A DNA stretch of 64,000 nt from positions 5,856,001 through 5,920,000 of the forward strand of contig OZ251539.1 of NCBI GenBank assembly GCA_965243135.1, written 5' to 3'. The position numbers were made by a program, and so were the translations under genes. The notes beneath the pieces were generated by a model. That model had not been told where the DNA came from. It saw only the letters and a program-made list of their open reading frames with translations, and searched no databases. This DNA is from Alphaproteobacteria bacterium. GTDB taxonomy: Bacteria; Pseudomonadota; Alphaproteobacteria; MPNO01; UBA830. Positions 31,953 to 45,311 of this stretch are shown here, in pieces (position 1 is the first letter of the stretch; every line of letters begins with the position of its first letter).

Positions 31953-32738
31953 TCATCCGTAACGGCCGGTGATGTAGCCCTGCGTCCGTTCGTCGCCGGG
32001 GTTGGTGAAAATTTGCTCGGTGTCGCCCACTTCGACCAGGTTCCCGAGATGGAAGAACGCCGTTCGCTGCGACACCCGCGCCGCTTGCTGCATCGAGTGG
32101 GTCACGATCACGATGGTGAAGCGCTCCCTCAGCTCGTCGATGAGTTCTTCGATGCGCGCGGTCGCGATCGGATCGAGGGCCGAGCACGGCTCGTCCATCA
32201 GGATGATGTCGGGACTGACCGCGATGGCGCGGGCGATGCACAGGCGCTGCTGCTGGCCGCCCGAGAGGCCGGTGCCGGGTTCGTTGAGGCGGTCCTTCAC
32301 CTCGTTCAGCAGCCCGGCCTTTTCCAGGCTCGTGTAGACGATCTCGTCGAGTTCCTGCTTGCCGTTGGCGAGGCCGTGAATCCGGGGACCGTAGGCGATG
32401 TTGTCGTAAATCGACTTCGGGAACGGATTGGGTTTCTGGAAGACCATGCCGACGCGGGCGCGAAGCTGCACGACGTCGATCGACGGATCGCCGATGTCCT
32501 CGTTTCCGATCGCGATTCGGCCGCTGACGCGGCAGCCCTCGATCACGTCGTTCATTCGGTTCAGGCAGCGCAGGAAGGTCGATTTCCCGCAGCCGGAAGG
32601 GCCGATCAACGCCGTGACCCGGTGCTCCGGGATGTCCAGGTCGACGTCGAAAAGCGCCTGCTTCCCGCCGTAGAACACGTTCACGCCGCGCGCCGTGATC
32701 TTCGCCGTCGCCGCCGCGTTCGCCGTCGGGTCGGCCAT
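31953..32738 (-). CDS. pstB: Phosphate ABC transporter ATP-binding protein
   Basis: [17 protein letters not shown] and YITGRYG motifs. Confidence 0.96.
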   Translation of the reverse strand: MADPTANAAATAKITARGVNVFYGGKQALFDVDLDIPEHRVTALIGPSGCGKSTFLRCLNRMNDVIEGCRVSGRIAIGNEDIGDPSIDVVQLRARVGMVFQKPNPFPKSIYDNIAYGPRIHGLANGKQELDEIVYTSLEKAGLLNEVKDRLNEPGTGLSGGQQQRLCIARAIAVSPDIILMDEPCSALDPIATARIEELIDELRERFTIVIVTHSMQQAARVSQRTAFFHLGNLVEVGDTEQIFTNPGDERTQGYITGRYG

Positions 32739-32753
32739 TTCCGTCGCCTCGCT

Positions 32754-34043
32754 TTACCAGCGCCGCTCGAACCGCTTGCGCAGCAGCACGGCGATCAGAT
32801 TCATCGCCACCAGGAACGCGAGCAGCACGAGGATCGCGGCGCTCGTTCGCTCCGCGAACGCGCGTTCCGGAAGGTCGCTCCACAAGAAGATCTGGACGGG
32901 AAGGACGGTGGAGGCGCTAAGGGGGCCTTCGGGAATGTCGACGATGAACGCCACCATGCCGATCATCAGGAGCGGCGCCGTTTCGCCGAGCGCCTGCGCC
33001 ATGCCGATGATCGTTCCCGTCAGCGTGCCGGGCAGCGCGAGGGGGAGAACGTGATGCGCCACGGTCTGCTGGCGCGACGCGCCGACGCCGAGCGCCGCTT
33101 CGCGGATGGAAGGCGGAACGGCGCGCAAGGCCGCGCGGGTCGCGATGATGATCGTGGGCAGCGTCATCAGCGCGAGCACCATGCCGCCGACCAGGGGAGC
33201 CGACCGCGGCAGGCCGAAGAAGTTGAGGAACACCGCGAGGCCGAGAAGGCCGAACACGATCGAGGGCACCGCCGCGAGGTTGTTGATGTTGACCTCGATC
33301 AGATCCGTCCAGCGATTCTTCGGCGCGAACTCCTCGAGATAGACCGCCGCCGCGACGCCGACCGGAAAACTCAGCAACAGCGTAATCAGCATCGTCCAGA
33401 AGGAACCGACGATCGCTCCCCAGATGCCGGCCTGCTCGGGTTCGCGCGAAGCGCCCGCCGAGAACAGGGTGGCGTTGAACTGCGCTTCGACGCGCCCGTC
33501 GGCGTTCAGTTCGTCGTACCACGCGATTTGCTTGTCCTTGAACGGGCGCTCGCCTTCGGGGATTTCGCGCGAAAGCTTGCCCTTGTGGAACTGGTCCATG
33601 TCGTCGGACGCCGTCAGCCAGATCTCGCGCGTCTCGCCGATCAGGTCCGGGTCGGAGAGGACCATGTCGCGCAGTTCGAGATCCGCGCCCGAGCTTACGA
33701 GCCGGCGAAGCTCGCGCCGGTCGCGGCGCTTCTTCACGTCCGGAAAGATCGTCCGGAGCGCGTTGGCGTAGAGCGCCGCGAAATCGGCGTTCCGCAGCGC
33801 GTCGGGGTCGCGGGCGCCGCCGACGATCTGCGGGTCGAAATGGATGTTCAGCTTGACGTTGGTCTGCACGAACGCGGAGTACCCCGTCGAGACGATGCTG
33901 AAGACGAGCCACAGCAACGCTCCCATGGCGAGCGCGACGGCCGCGACGCCGTAGGCTCTGAACCGGCGCTCGGCCGCGCGGCGCTTTTTCATCGATCGCC
34001 GCCCCGCCGCCGCGAGGGGAAGCGCTCGCGATACTTCAGTCAT
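32754..34043 (-). CDS. pstA: Phosphate ABC transporter permease
   Basis: YLEEF, NLAAVPSIVFG and GETAPL motifs. Confidence 0.95.
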   Translation of the reverse strand: MTEVSRALPLAAAGRRSMKKRRAAERRFRAYGVAAVALAMGALLWLVFSIVSTGYSAFVQTNVKLNIHFDPQIVGGARDPDALRNADFAALYANALRTIFPDVKKRRDRRELRRLVSSGADLELRDMVLSDPDLIGETREIWLTASDDMDQFHKGKLSREIPEGERPFKDKQIAWYDELNADGRVEAQFNATLFSAGASREPEQAGIWGAIVGSFWTMLITLLLSFPVGVAAAVYLEEFAPKNRWTDLIEVNINNLAAVPSIVFGLLGLAVFLNFFGLPRSAPLVGGMVLALMTLPTIIIATRAALRAVPPSIREAALGVGASRQQTVAHHVLPLALPGTLTGTIIGMAQALGETAPLLMIGMVAFIVDIPEGPLSASTVLPVQIFLWSDLPERAFAERTSAAILVLLAFLVAMNLIAVLLRKRFERRW

Positions 34044-35406
34044 ATTGCTCCCTGTATTTCCTGACGACCATCAGCGCGATGACGTTCATGGTCAGCGTCG
34101 CGCAGAAGAGAACGAGGCCGAGCGCGAAGGCCGCGAGGGTCTTCGCGCTGTCGAATTCCTGGTCCCCGATCAGCAGGGTCACGATCTGGACGGTCACGGT
34201 CGTCACCGCCTCGAACGGATTGGCGGTGAGGTTCGCCGCGAGTCCCGCCGCCATGACGACGATCATCGTCTCGCCGATGGCGCGGCTGACCGCGAGCAGG
34301 AACGCGGCGAAGATGCCGGGGAGAGCCGCCGGCAGGACGACCCTCTTGATCGTTTCCGACTGCGTGGCGCCCAGCGCGTAGGATCCGTCGCGGAGCGATC
34401 GGGGCACGGCGTTGATCACGTCGTCCGACAGCGACGAGATGAAGGGGATGATCATGATGCCCATGACGAAGCCCGCCGCCAGCGCGCTTTCCGAGGCGAC
34501 GTCGAGGCCGAGCTCCGAACCCGCGCCCCGAAGAAGCGGAGCGACGGTCAGGGCGGCGAAAAATCCGTAGACGACCGTCGGAATGCCGGCGAGAATCTCG
34601 AGGATCGGCTTGACGAATCCGCGTATCCGCCGGCTTGCGTAATCGGCCAGGTATATGGCGGAGAACAGGCCGATCGGAACGGCGATCAGCATCGCGATTC
34701 CGGTGATGAGGAGCGTTCCGGCGAACAGGGGGATCGCGCCGAACGCGCCGGACGCGCCCACCTGGTCCTTGCGCAAGGCGGTCTGCGGACTCCATTCCGT
34801 GCCGAACAGGAATTCGGTCACCGGGACCTCGCGGAAGAACCTGATGGACTCGAAAATCAGCGACAGCACGATGCCGACGGTGGTGACGACCGCGATCGTC
34901 GAGCAGGCGATAAGGAAGCCCTTGATCGCCGTTTCGACGTGGTTGCGGGCGCGCAACTGCGGCGTCATGTTCCGGAGCGCCAATGCGCCGGCCCCGATCC
35001 CGAGCGCGCAGACCAGCGCCAGCAGCGCGCCGTTGCCGATCGAGCGGAGCTCGTTCAGGTGCCGCGCCGCGGCTTCCGTCGCGGGATCGGGGTCGCGGCC
35101 GACGATGTTGCCGTCGGCCAGGCTCGCGATGTCGTTCACCAGCAGGTCGAGCCGGTCCGGCGGCAGGTTGCGGAGGTCGGCAGGCAGCGCCGACACGATC
35201 ATGCTTTCGAGGACGAGCGGTTGAAAGGCCAGCCACAGCGCCGCGGCGACCGCCGCCGGCAGGGCGCACCAAAGCGCCAGGTAGGTCCCGTGATAGACCG
35301 GTCTCGAATGCAGCGCCCGGGCGTCGCCGCCCGCGCGCCGGCGGCCCATGCAATACCCCAGGAGCGCGAGAACGGCCAAGACTGGAAACAGAACGGACGG
35401 CGACAT
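34036..35406 (-). CDS. pstC: Phosphate ABC transporter permease
   Basis: LAGIPTVVYG and SRAIGETM motifs. Confidence 0.95.
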   Translation of the reverse strand: MSPSVLFPVLAVLALLGYCMGRRRAGGDARALHSRPVYHGTYLALWCALPAAVAAALWLAFQPLVLESMIVSALPADLRNLPPDRLDLLVNDIASLADGNIVGRDPDPATEAAARHLNELRSIGNGALLALVCALGIGAGALALRNMTPQLRARNHVETAIKGFLIACSTIAVVTTVGIVLSLIFESIRFFREVPVTEFLFGTEWSPQTALRKDQVGASGAFGAIPLFAGTLLITGIAMLIAVPIGLFSAIYLADYASRRIRGFVKPILEILAGIPTVVYGFFAALTVAPLLRGAGSELGLDVASESALAAGFVMGIMIIPFISSLSDDVINAVPRSLRDGSYALGATQSETIKRVVLPAALPGIFAAFLLAVSRAIGETMIVVMAAGLAANLTANPFEAVTTVTVQIVTLLIGDQEFDSAKTLAAFALGLVLFCATLTMNVIALMVVRKYREQYD

Positions 35407-35496
35407 CGTTTTCCACAAGCTGCGCTGCTCGGAACGGCGGTCAGTCGGGCGACGGCCGCGGACGTTAGCGCGCCGCTACCGGCGAAGGGGGTCCAA

Positions 35497-35529
35497 AAAT
35501 AAGACGGTTTTATGAATTTTTTGTGACAT
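35497..35529 (-). promoter_or_regulatory. Putative PHO box
   Basis: 11-bp periodic units ATGTCAC-AAAA-AATTCAT-AAAA-CCGTCTT upstream of pstC. Confidence 0.6.
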
Positions 35530-35538
35530 CGGACGCCG

Positions 35539-36888
35539 TCATCCAGACCCCGCTTCGGAGGCGGGCAGGCGGACGGTGAACGTGCTGCCGACGCCGACCT
35601 CCGAGGCGATCTCGATCTCGCCGCGATGGCGGTTGACGATATGCTTCACGATGGCGAGTCCGAGGCCGGTGCCGCCCACGGCGCGGGATCGGGTCGCGTC
35701 GACGCGGTAAAATCGTTCGGTGAGTCTCGGTAGGTGTTCGGCGGCGATGCCCGGGCCGTTGTCCGTCACGGAAACCTCCGCCCAATCGGGGTCGCCGAAG
35801 TGGGTGACGAGCCGCACCACCTTGTTCTCGCCGCTGTAGTTGATGGCGTTCTCGACGAGGTTGCTGAACAGCTGCGCCAGATCGGCGACGTCGCCGACGA
35901 TGTCGCGCGCGCCGAGGCCGGGCTCGAGCGCTATCTCGATTCCGCGCTTCGACGCCGGAAGCTCGAGCGCCCCGACCACGTTCGACAATATCCGGGAAAG
36001 GTCGACGACGTCGGTGGGCGGACTCTTCTCGTTCTGCTCGATCCGCGACAGCGACAGAAGGTCGTCGATCAACTGGGTCATGCGCGCGGCGTGGGTCGCC
36101 ATCATGTCGGTGAACTTCCGGCGGCCTTCGGGGTCGTCGCGCGCCGGTCCCCGAAGCGTCTCGATGCAGCCGCTCAGCACCGACAGCGGCGTCTTGAGTT
36201 CGTGACTCGCGTTGGCGACGAAATCCGACCGCATTTGATGGGTTCGCTTGATTTCGGTGACGTCGACGAAGGTCAGGACCGCGGCCGTGCCGTCGAACGC
36301 CGCCGGCAGGCTCCGGATCTGGGCGTTGAGCGATCTCGCCGCGGGAAACGCGGCTTCGAAATCCACGAGCTCGCGGCCGCCTCCGGCCAGCGCGCGATCG
36401 ACCGCCGCCAGCACTTCCGGGTTCCGCAGGAGCGACGACAGATCCCTGCCGGGGACGGCTTCTCCCAGCAGTTCCGTAACGCCGACGGTGTTCCGCAGGA
36501 TCTGGCGGTCGGCGTTGAGCAGCACCAGCGGGTAGGGCAATTCTTCGAGGATCCTTTCCGCCGAGTCGGCGCGGGCGCTCAGTTGGGCGCGCTCGCGCCG
36601 CCACGCGTCGCGCAGCGCCGCGACGGCCTGGAGGAATTCCGGGAACGGCTCCCGTCCGCCCGGCGTTTCGGCGCCGCCGGCGCGCGCGAGGAGTTCGACG
36701 AAGCGGGCGGCGCGGTGGACGGAGCCCAGCGCCCAGCGGACCATGGCGGCGAGCAGCGCCGCGCATGCGGCGGAGGCGAGCAGCGCCGGCGTCCAGTCCA
36801 GCAGTCCGAACGCGGCGAGGCCGACGAGGACAACGACGGGCGGCGCGGCCGCGGTCGCGGCGAACCGGACGAATCGACCGAGCGGCAT
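35539..36888 (-). CDS. phoR: Phosphate regulon sensor histidine kinase
   Basis: [14 protein letters not shown]-box, N/G boxes, [10 protein letters not shown]. Confidence 0.92.
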   Translation of the reverse strand: MPLGRFVRFAATAAAPPVVVLVGLAAFGLLDWTPALLASAACAALLAAMVRWALGSVHRAARFVELLARAGGAETPGGREPFPEFLQAVAALRDAWRRERAQLSARADSAERILEELPYPLVLLNADRQILRNTVGVTELLGEAVPGRDLSSLLRNPEVLAAVDRALAGGGRELVDFEAAFPAARSLNAQIRSLPAAFDGTAAVLTFVDVTEIKRTHQMRSDFVANASHELKTPLSVLSGCIETLRGPARDDPEGRRKFTDMMATHAARMTQLIDDLLSLSRIEQNEKSPPTDVVDLSRILSNVVGALELPASKRGIEIALEPGLGARDIVGDVADLAQLFSNLVENAINYSGENKVVRLVTHFGDPDWAEVSVTDNGPGIAAEHLPRLTERFYRVDATRSRAVGGTGLGLAIVKHIVNRHRGEIEIASEVGVGSTFTVRLPASEAGSG

Positions 36889-36954
36889 CCTCGTCCCGCT
36901 CCGGTTCAGGCGTCGCCCGGCGGCGGCGCGTTCCTCCGGCCGACCCGCTGCGCG

Positions 36955-39237
<2,283 letters not shown>

Positions 39238-39495
39238 GATCGCCTCGGTCCTCGCAGGCTGCAGGATAGAGAGGAAACCATGCCTGTCCAAGCGGCGCGT
39301 CGCGTCGCTCCGGCGCGGTCCGGGAAGAAGGGTTTCCGCGAGATGCCGGTCGTTCGTTCGGCGGCCGGGCAGCGCCTTCGGCGGCGCGCCGGGCCGCCGA
39401 AGGCGCTTCGAAACGACGGAGGCGGCTCCCGGTATCCGCAGGCACGCGGACGGTCGCCTCTGTGTTATTTTCGGATCGTGATCCAGGCGAACCAC

Positions 39496-42150
39496 ATGGC
39501 GACGCAGACCGAACCGGGGCACGAAAATCCGGCCGCCCCCGGGCCGGACGAATCGACCCCGATGATGGCCCAATACACGGAGATCAAGCGGGCGCATCCC
39601 GACGCGATCCTGTTCTACCGCATGGGCGACTTCTACGAGATGTTCTTCGAGGACGCGGAACGCGCCGCGTCCGCGCTCGACATCACGCTCACGCGCCGGG
39701 GGCGGCACGGAGGGGAGCACATTCCCATGTGCGGGGTGCCGGTTCACGCGGCCGAGACGTATCTCCAGCGCCTGATCCGCAAGGGTTTCCGCGTCGCGGT
39801 CTGCGAGCAGACCGAGGAGCCCACGGCCGCGAGGAAGCGCGGCGCCAGGGCGGTCGTTCGCCGCGAGGTCGTGCGCGTCGTCACGCCCGGCACCATCGTC
39901 GAGGACGCGTTGCTCGACAACCGCCGGCATAACTTTCTTGCGGCGCTCGCGGATGCGGGGAGCGGCCTCGGCATTGCGTGGCTCGACGTCTCGACCGGAG
40001 CGTTTTCCGTCCAGCCGGTGGACCGCGCTTCGTTGCCGGCGACGCTCGCGCGCATCGACCCCGGCGAATTGCTGGCGCCGGAGCGCCTGTTCGCGTCGCC
40101 CGAGATCGCCTCGGTTCTCGACGACTATAAAACCGCCGCGGCGCCGCTTCCCAATCCCCGGTTCAACAGCGAATCGGCGCGCCGCCGGCTGGAGGGGCTG
40201 TACGCCGTCAGGGCGCTCGACGCTTTCGGCGATTTCGGCAGGGCGGAGCTTTCGGCGTGCGGCGCTTTGGTGGAATACGTGGAGCTGACCCAGAAGGGCC
40301 GGTTGCCGCGTCTGCAACGTCCGCAGCGCCTCCCGAGAGGCGGCGCGATGGACATCGATCCGGCGACGCGCCGCAACCTGGAAATCGCCCGAACCCTGTC
40401 GGGCGAGCGCGACGGCTCCCTGCTGGCGGTCGTCGACCGCACCGTGACGTCCGCCGGAGGACGCCTGCTGGCGGGGCGGCTCGCAGCTCCGTTGACGGCC
40501 GTCGCGGCCATACGGGCGCGTCACGACTCGGTGGACTGGTTCGTGGAGCGGGCGCAGGCGCGGGACGACGTTCGCGGCCTGCTGCGGGCGATTCCCGACA
40601 TGGAGCGTGCGCTGTCGCGCCTGACCATCGGCCGCGGCGGCCCTCGCGACCTTGCAGCCGTGCGGGACGGCCTCGCCGGCGCCGGCGCCGTGCGGAAAGC
40701 GCTGGAAGGCGCCGGCGCGCCGCCGGCCGAGCTGGCGGAGGCGACGACGGATCTCGAAGGGCATGGAGATGCGGTCGCGCGCCTCGACCTCTCCCTCGCC
40801 GACGAGCTTCCCGGCGCCGCGCGCGAAGGCGGCTTCGTCCGCGCCGGGTTTTCTCCGCAACTCGACGAGTTGAGGACGCTGCGCGACGAGAGCCGCAAGC
40901 ACATCGCCGCCCTTCAGGCCCGCTACGTCCGCGACACCGGCATCGTTTCGCTCAAGATCCGCCACAATCACGTGCTCGGCTATTTCGTCGAGGTCAAGGC
41001 GACGCAGGCTGCCAACGTTCCGGCGGGGGAGGGCAGTCCGTTCATCCATCGCCAGACCCTGGCGTCCGCGGTGCGCTACTCCACCGTCGAGCTCGGCGAC
41101 CTCGAAGGAAAGCTGGCTCAGGCCGGCGAGCGGGCGCTTGCGCTGGAACTGGAGATTTTCGACGGCCTGGCGGCCGAGCTCGGGGAGCGCGCCGAAGAAA
41201 TATCCCGGGCGGCCGCGGCGCTCGCCGCGCTGGACGTCGCCGCCGCCATGGCCTTTCTGGCGGTCGAACGCCGCTACGTGCGGCCGCATGTCGACGACGG
41301 CGACGAATTCCGCGTCGAAGGCGGGCGCCATCCCGTGGTCGAGGTCTCCACCGTGGACGCGTTCGTCGCCAACGACTGCGATCTCGCCAAGGACCGCCGC
41401 CTGTGGCTGGTCACCGGTCCCAACATGGCGGGGAAATCGACGTTTCTGCGGCAGAACGCGTTGATCGCCGTTCTCGCGCAGGCGGGATCCTTCGTGCCGG
41501 CGAATTCGGCGCATATCGGCGTCGTCGACCGGCTGTTCAGCCGGGTGGGCGCGGCCGACGACCTCGCGCGCGGCCGGTCGACGTTCATGGTGGAGATGGT
41601 GGAGACGGCCGGCATCGTCAATCAGGCGACGGAACGTTCGCTGGTCATCCTGGACGAGATCGGCCGCGGCACCGCGACGTTCGACGGCTTGTCGATCGCG
41701 TGGGCGACGCTCGAGCATCTGCACGACGTAAATCGTTGCCGCGCCCTGTTCGCGACCCATTTCCACGAGCTTACGTCCCTCACGTCGCGGCTGGACGCGC
41801 TTTCCTGCCGCACGATGCGGGTCAAGGAGTGGGAAGGCGAGGTCGTGTTTCTGCACGAGGTGATCGCCGGCGTTGCGGATCAGTCCTACGGCGTGCACGT
41901 GGCGCGGCTCGCCGGATTGCCCGAGGCGGTCGTCGCAAGGGCGCGCGAGGTGCTCGGCATTCTCGAACAGGGCGAACAGTCCGGGGCGCTCGCGCGGCTC
42001 GCCGAGGATCTGCCTCTGTTTTCGGCGAAGACGTCGCAGCCCGAGGCGCCTCCTCCGCCCGCGGTCGTCGCGCTGGGCGACGTGAATCCCGACGAGTTGA
42101 CGCCGCGCGCCGCGCTGGATCTCGTATACCGGCTGAAGGGCCTGATCTGA
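39496..42150 (+). CDS. mutS: DNA mismatch repair protein MutS
   Basis: [24 protein letters not shown] and DEIGRGT motifs. Confidence 0.97.
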   Translation: MATQTEPGHENPAAPGPDESTPMMAQYTEIKRAHPDAILFYRMGDFYEMFFEDAERAASALDITLTRRGRHGGEHIPMCGVPVHAAETYLQRLIRKGFRVAVCEQTEEPTAARKRGARAVVRREVVRVVTPGTIVEDALLDNRRHNFLAALADAGSGLGIAWLDVSTGAFSVQPVDRASLPATLARIDPGELLAPERLFASPEIASVLDDYKTAAAPLPNPRFNSESARRRLEGLYAVRALDAFGDFGRAELSACGALVEYVELTQKGRLPRLQRPQRLPRGGAMDIDPATRRNLEIARTLSGERDGSLLAVVDRTVTSAGGRLLAGRLAAPLTAVAAIRARHDSVDWFVERAQARDDVRGLLRAIPDMERALSRLTIGRGGPRDLAAVRDGLAGAGAVRKALEGAGAPPAELAEATTDLEGHGDAVARLDLSLADELPGAAREGGFVRAGFSPQLDELRTLRDESRKHIAALQARYVRDTGIVSLKIRHNHVLGYFVEVKATQAANVPAGEGSPFIHRQTLASAVRYSTVELGDLEGKLAQAGERALALELEIFDGLAAELGERAEEISRAAAALAALDVAAAMAFLAVERRYVRPHVDDGDEFRVEGGRHPVVEVSTVDAFVANDCDLAKDRRLWLVTGPNMAGKSTFLRQNALIAVLAQAGSFVPANSAHIGVVDRLFSRVGAADDLARGRSTFMVEMVETAGIVNQATERSLVILDEIGRGTATFDGLSIAWATLEHLHDVNRCRALFATHFHELTSLTSRLDALSCRTMRVKEWEGEVVFLHEVIAGVADQSYGVHVARLAGLPEAVVARAREVLGILEQGEQSGALARLAEDLPLFSAKTSQPEAPPPPAVVALGDVNPDELTPRAALDLVYRLKGLI

Positions 42151-42151
42151 C
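41984..42151 (+). repeat. mutS 3' end, left copy of a diverged direct repeat
   Basis: Aligns to 47239-47399 with 10 substitutions and one 7-bp deletion. Confidence 0.92.
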
Positions 42152-42598
42152 GGCGGCGATCGAGCGTCGGGGCGCGGCGTCTTGCACGCTCCTGCCGAAC
42201 GGCGCTTCCGGGTCGTTTCCACCGCCCGGCGCGGCTCCCCCGATTCGCCCTCCGGCTGAATCAGGAAAGACGGCGGCCACTTGGAAAAGGGGGCGCTGAA
42301 GGGGCGCAGAGGGCGCGGACGGACTTCGGGCTTCCGGCCGAACGCCGACCGGGCGGCGTCGAACTGGGGCCGCCGTGCCGCAGTGGCGAGGCCGTTCATG
42401 ACGTTCTCCAGCGAGGTCGCCGGACAGCCTCCGTTGCCCGAGTTCATGAAGCCATGGACATTCGTGTTCAACGCCGCATCGGCGCGGTGTTTCGGAGGCG
42501 GGCTTCAACCCTGCCGCGCGCCGCCCTTTCTCCGGCGGCGGCTTGTTTTTCCTCTGGGCGGCGGTGCGGAGAACTTCACTGCAAGCGACGCTGGAAGG

Positions 42599-44692
42599 TC
42601 ACTTTTCCGCAGCGGCCTCGACGGCCTTGCGCATCTCGCTTACCGCTTCCGTCAAGCTTGGTTTTTTTCTGGCGTCGCGTTCAACTTCCTGCCATTGCGC
42701 GAACTGGCGAAGCAGCGCATAGCCCTTACCCCCGCCGTGCCGCAACGTTTGATGCAGTACGGAGGCCGGCGTTCCATTGCGGTAGGCGAGTTCGCAACAG
42801 GCGGCCACGAGCGTATCGTCGCCGCCTAGTGCGCTGAGATCGTCGGCCAAGAGTTCGCTGTAGGGCGAATTCCGCGCCGGAGCTCCCTTCGCGTCGAGGC
42901 CGTCGAATGTCATCGAATGCCGGGCGAACAATCGTCGGATGTCGTTCTCGAGACGCTCGGACAGGTGGGTAACTTGAATCGTCAGCCAGCATTCCCGAAC
43001 GGCGTCAAACAAAACTCGCCACAACTCCCCGGGGTCGGCCCGGCGAGCGCCGGTCTCCGAGCACAACCAGTCCAGTGCAGCCATTCCCGAGGAGACCAGA
43101 AAGAGGGACGGGGCCATGCCTTCCGAATCTTTGGTCTGTCGCCAATGTTGGACGGCGCGCCTTTGTTCGGCGAGAGGTTGCCATGACTGCTTCCATCGCT
43201 TGGCCGGATCCCCTGCGTTCGCCAGCAAGTAGCCCACGCAAGAAGCTGGAAAACCGGTAGCGCCCGCATCCGTAGCGGCCTCTTCTTCGAATCCCCGGTC
43301 GCGGGCAGCCAGAAGAACATCCAGCTGTTCAAGAATGTCCGACGATCTTGCCTGGTCGTCGCCAATCATGCAGTCGGTCGCCGCCATCATGGCGAGAGCC
43401 GAAAGGCGGGGCGACCTGCGATCATTGCTCGAGGACGATGGCGGTTCGCTCGGGTCGTCGCGACTCGCGCCGCTTCGAAAGTCCACGTATAGAGCGATCC
43501 TGGATCCGGTTAGCCCGGCACTGGCGAGGCCGGCGCCGATCCATTCGATCATGCTCGTCTGAGCGAGGACTTCAGGCCTACGCTGGCCGCGCTCCATTCG
43601 CTCGTCCATCGCCTTCATGAGCAACCATTGGGTGCCCAGGAATCCGCCGTCTTTTCTGCCCATTACGATTCCCGCCAGATCGGCTATCCAAGACGACAGC
43701 GCGGCGCTCGCCGCATCGCTGTCAGCCGTGAACTCCTGACCGCACCACATGCGCCACAGGCTGCGGCAGCGTTCGTCGACCGCGTTGAGCGAAAGCGCTG
43801 CCAACAGGCTGCCGTTCCAGTCCTTTTCGTCTTTCTCGCGAACGCATGACGGCGCCGAGCGAAGAATTTTCGCCAACAGGCCGTGATCGTACCGTATCGA
43901 CCGATGCCGCAAGATTTGCTGCAACGGTTGCGGAAATCGGATTTTGTCCAGCCGCGACAGAGCGCCGGCCGGGTCCGCCATCAAGACCGGAGCCACCATG
44001 TCCAGATCGTCGAAGTCCACCAGGAAACCGCCGCCCGCCGCATCGCGCCAAAGGCGGCTCAACAAGGGGCGTTGAAGCCACTCGCGGACAAAGCGGTCGA
44101 ACGCTTCTCGTTCGTGCGCGTACGCCCCCTCGCCAGGACAGTCATTGATCCGGGCGACGCGATTCTCCAGCCACCGCAAGCAAGCCGCGCGCGCTCCGCG
44201 GTGCGCTCGGAGCGCTTCCGCAAACGATGACACCAATTCAACGTACGCAAGATCGTCCTCGGCGCCCAAGGACCACAGATCGGTCGTCCGCGGTTCCGCA
44301 ACCGCCCCTCGATCCTCAAGTTCGCGGACCAAGGCCAACGCGAAAGCTCTGCCGTATAGAATCGCACCGACGTCTTTCCACTCATGGGGGTCGTCTCGTA
44401 GAAACGCCGCGACGGCATCCGTTAGGCGGACACGAAGAACGGGATCGTCCACGCCAGCCGGCGTTTCTCCTGGGGAAGCGCCGACGGATGCCGGGTGCGC
44501 CAGGAGTTCGGCGGCCGAATGGCGTTCGAGCGCGGCTACGCCCCCACGTTCCAAAGCGGCCTTTTGGATCCAGGTCGCCATGCCGCGTACCGCGGGGTCA
44601 ACATCAAGGATGCCGTACGCTTGGGTCCGGGCGCTCTCTCGTCGCTGACGAACGGGATCGTTGTCGAGACGATCAAGCCGGCGCCCGCCCAT
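42599..44692 (-). CDS. Large hypothetical protein (about 697 aa), third gene of the mutS-insert operon
   Basis: Long ORF with normal protein composition; ATG overlaps the upstream stop (TGATG). Confidence 0.8.
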   Translation of the reverse strand: MGGRRLDRLDNDPVRQRRESARTQAYGILDVDPAVRGMATWIQKAALERGGVAALERHSAAELLAHPASVGASPGETPAGVDDPVLRVRLTDAVAAFLRDDPHEWKDVGAILYGRAFALALVRELEDRGAVAEPRTTDLWSLGAEDDLAYVELVSSFAEALRAHRGARAACLRWLENRVARINDCPGEGAYAHEREAFDRFVREWLQRPLLSRLWRDAAGGGFLVDFDDLDMVAPVLMADPAGALSRLDKIRFPQPLQQILRHRSIRYDHGLLAKILRSAPSCVREKDEKDWNGSLLAALSLNAVDERCRSLWRMWCGQEFTADSDAASAALSSWIADLAGIVMGRKDGGFLGTQWLLMKAMDERMERGQRRPEVLAQTSMIEWIGAGLASAGLTGSRIALYVDFRSGASRDDPSEPPSSSSNDRRSPRLSALAMMAATDCMIGDDQARSSDILEQLDVLLAARDRGFEEEAATDAGATGFPASCVGYLLANAGDPAKRWKQSWQPLAEQRRAVQHWRQTKDSEGMAPSLFLVSSGMAALDWLCSETGARRADPGELWRVLFDAVRECWLTIQVTHLSERLENDIRRLFARHSMTFDGLDAKGAPARNSPYSELLADDLSALGGDDTLVAACCELAYRNGTPASVLHQTLRHGGGKGYALLRQFAQWQEVERDARKKPSLTEAVSEMRKAVEAAAEK

Positions 44693-45297
44693 CAGCTCAT
44701 TCTCCAGCACTCTTCGAAGAAATCCACGGCCCTTGTTTCCTCGGCTTGCCAAGGCCCGCTGGCCGCACCCGGGTGACCTCCACCGACCGTAGCCCCGAAA
44801 TGCCACAGCGCACCGTCAACCACGGCAAAGCGATCATGCAAGAACGGGTAAGAATTCCTATGCAGCGTCGCGTGCCACCGAACGTTCACGCGTTGGCCAT
44901 CTCGATGCAAATTGATGTGATTTTCCATGTCGATACGATTTCTCTCCAAATCGTCCACGCTACCTGTAAGTAGACGCACATCGGATGCTTGGCTCCCCTC
45001 GAAAGCGCGTTGGAGCGATTTCACGCCTGTCTCGTCGAAGTGCCTATCCATGATGAGCAGTCGGCGGTGGGCGGCTGCGACGGCTTGCGCGAAAGCGGGC
45101 AGCGTCATGGCCGACGTTCTGCATTGATCTCGCCGCCGATAGATGTTCTCCCTATCCGGAAAGCGCGCAGCGTCCAAGCTTTCTCCGTGGAGGCCGACCG
45201 ATGGCCAGAGCAAGGTTGGCGGCGCAGCCGGGGGCGGCGGTATCGGCCGGATTCGGTAGTCGTCGGCGGTCGTCCTGGGAGTTAGGCGGCTGGACAT
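44692..45297 (-). CDS. Small PLD-like (HDRF motif) protein
   Basis: LLIMDRHF…LHDRFAVVDGALWHFGATVGG. Confidence 0.75.
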   Translation of the reverse strand: MSSRLTPRTTADDYRIRPIPPPPAAPPTLLWPSVGLHGESLDAARFPDRENIYRRRDQCRTSAMTLPAFAQAVAAAHRRLLIMDRHFDETGVKSLQRAFEGSQASDVRLLTGSVDDLERNRIDMENHINLHRDGQRVNVRWHATLHRNSYPFLHDRFAVVDGALWHFGATVGGGHPGAASGPWQAEETRAVDFFEECWRMS

Positions 45298-45311
45298 GAG
45301 ATCGTTAAGGT

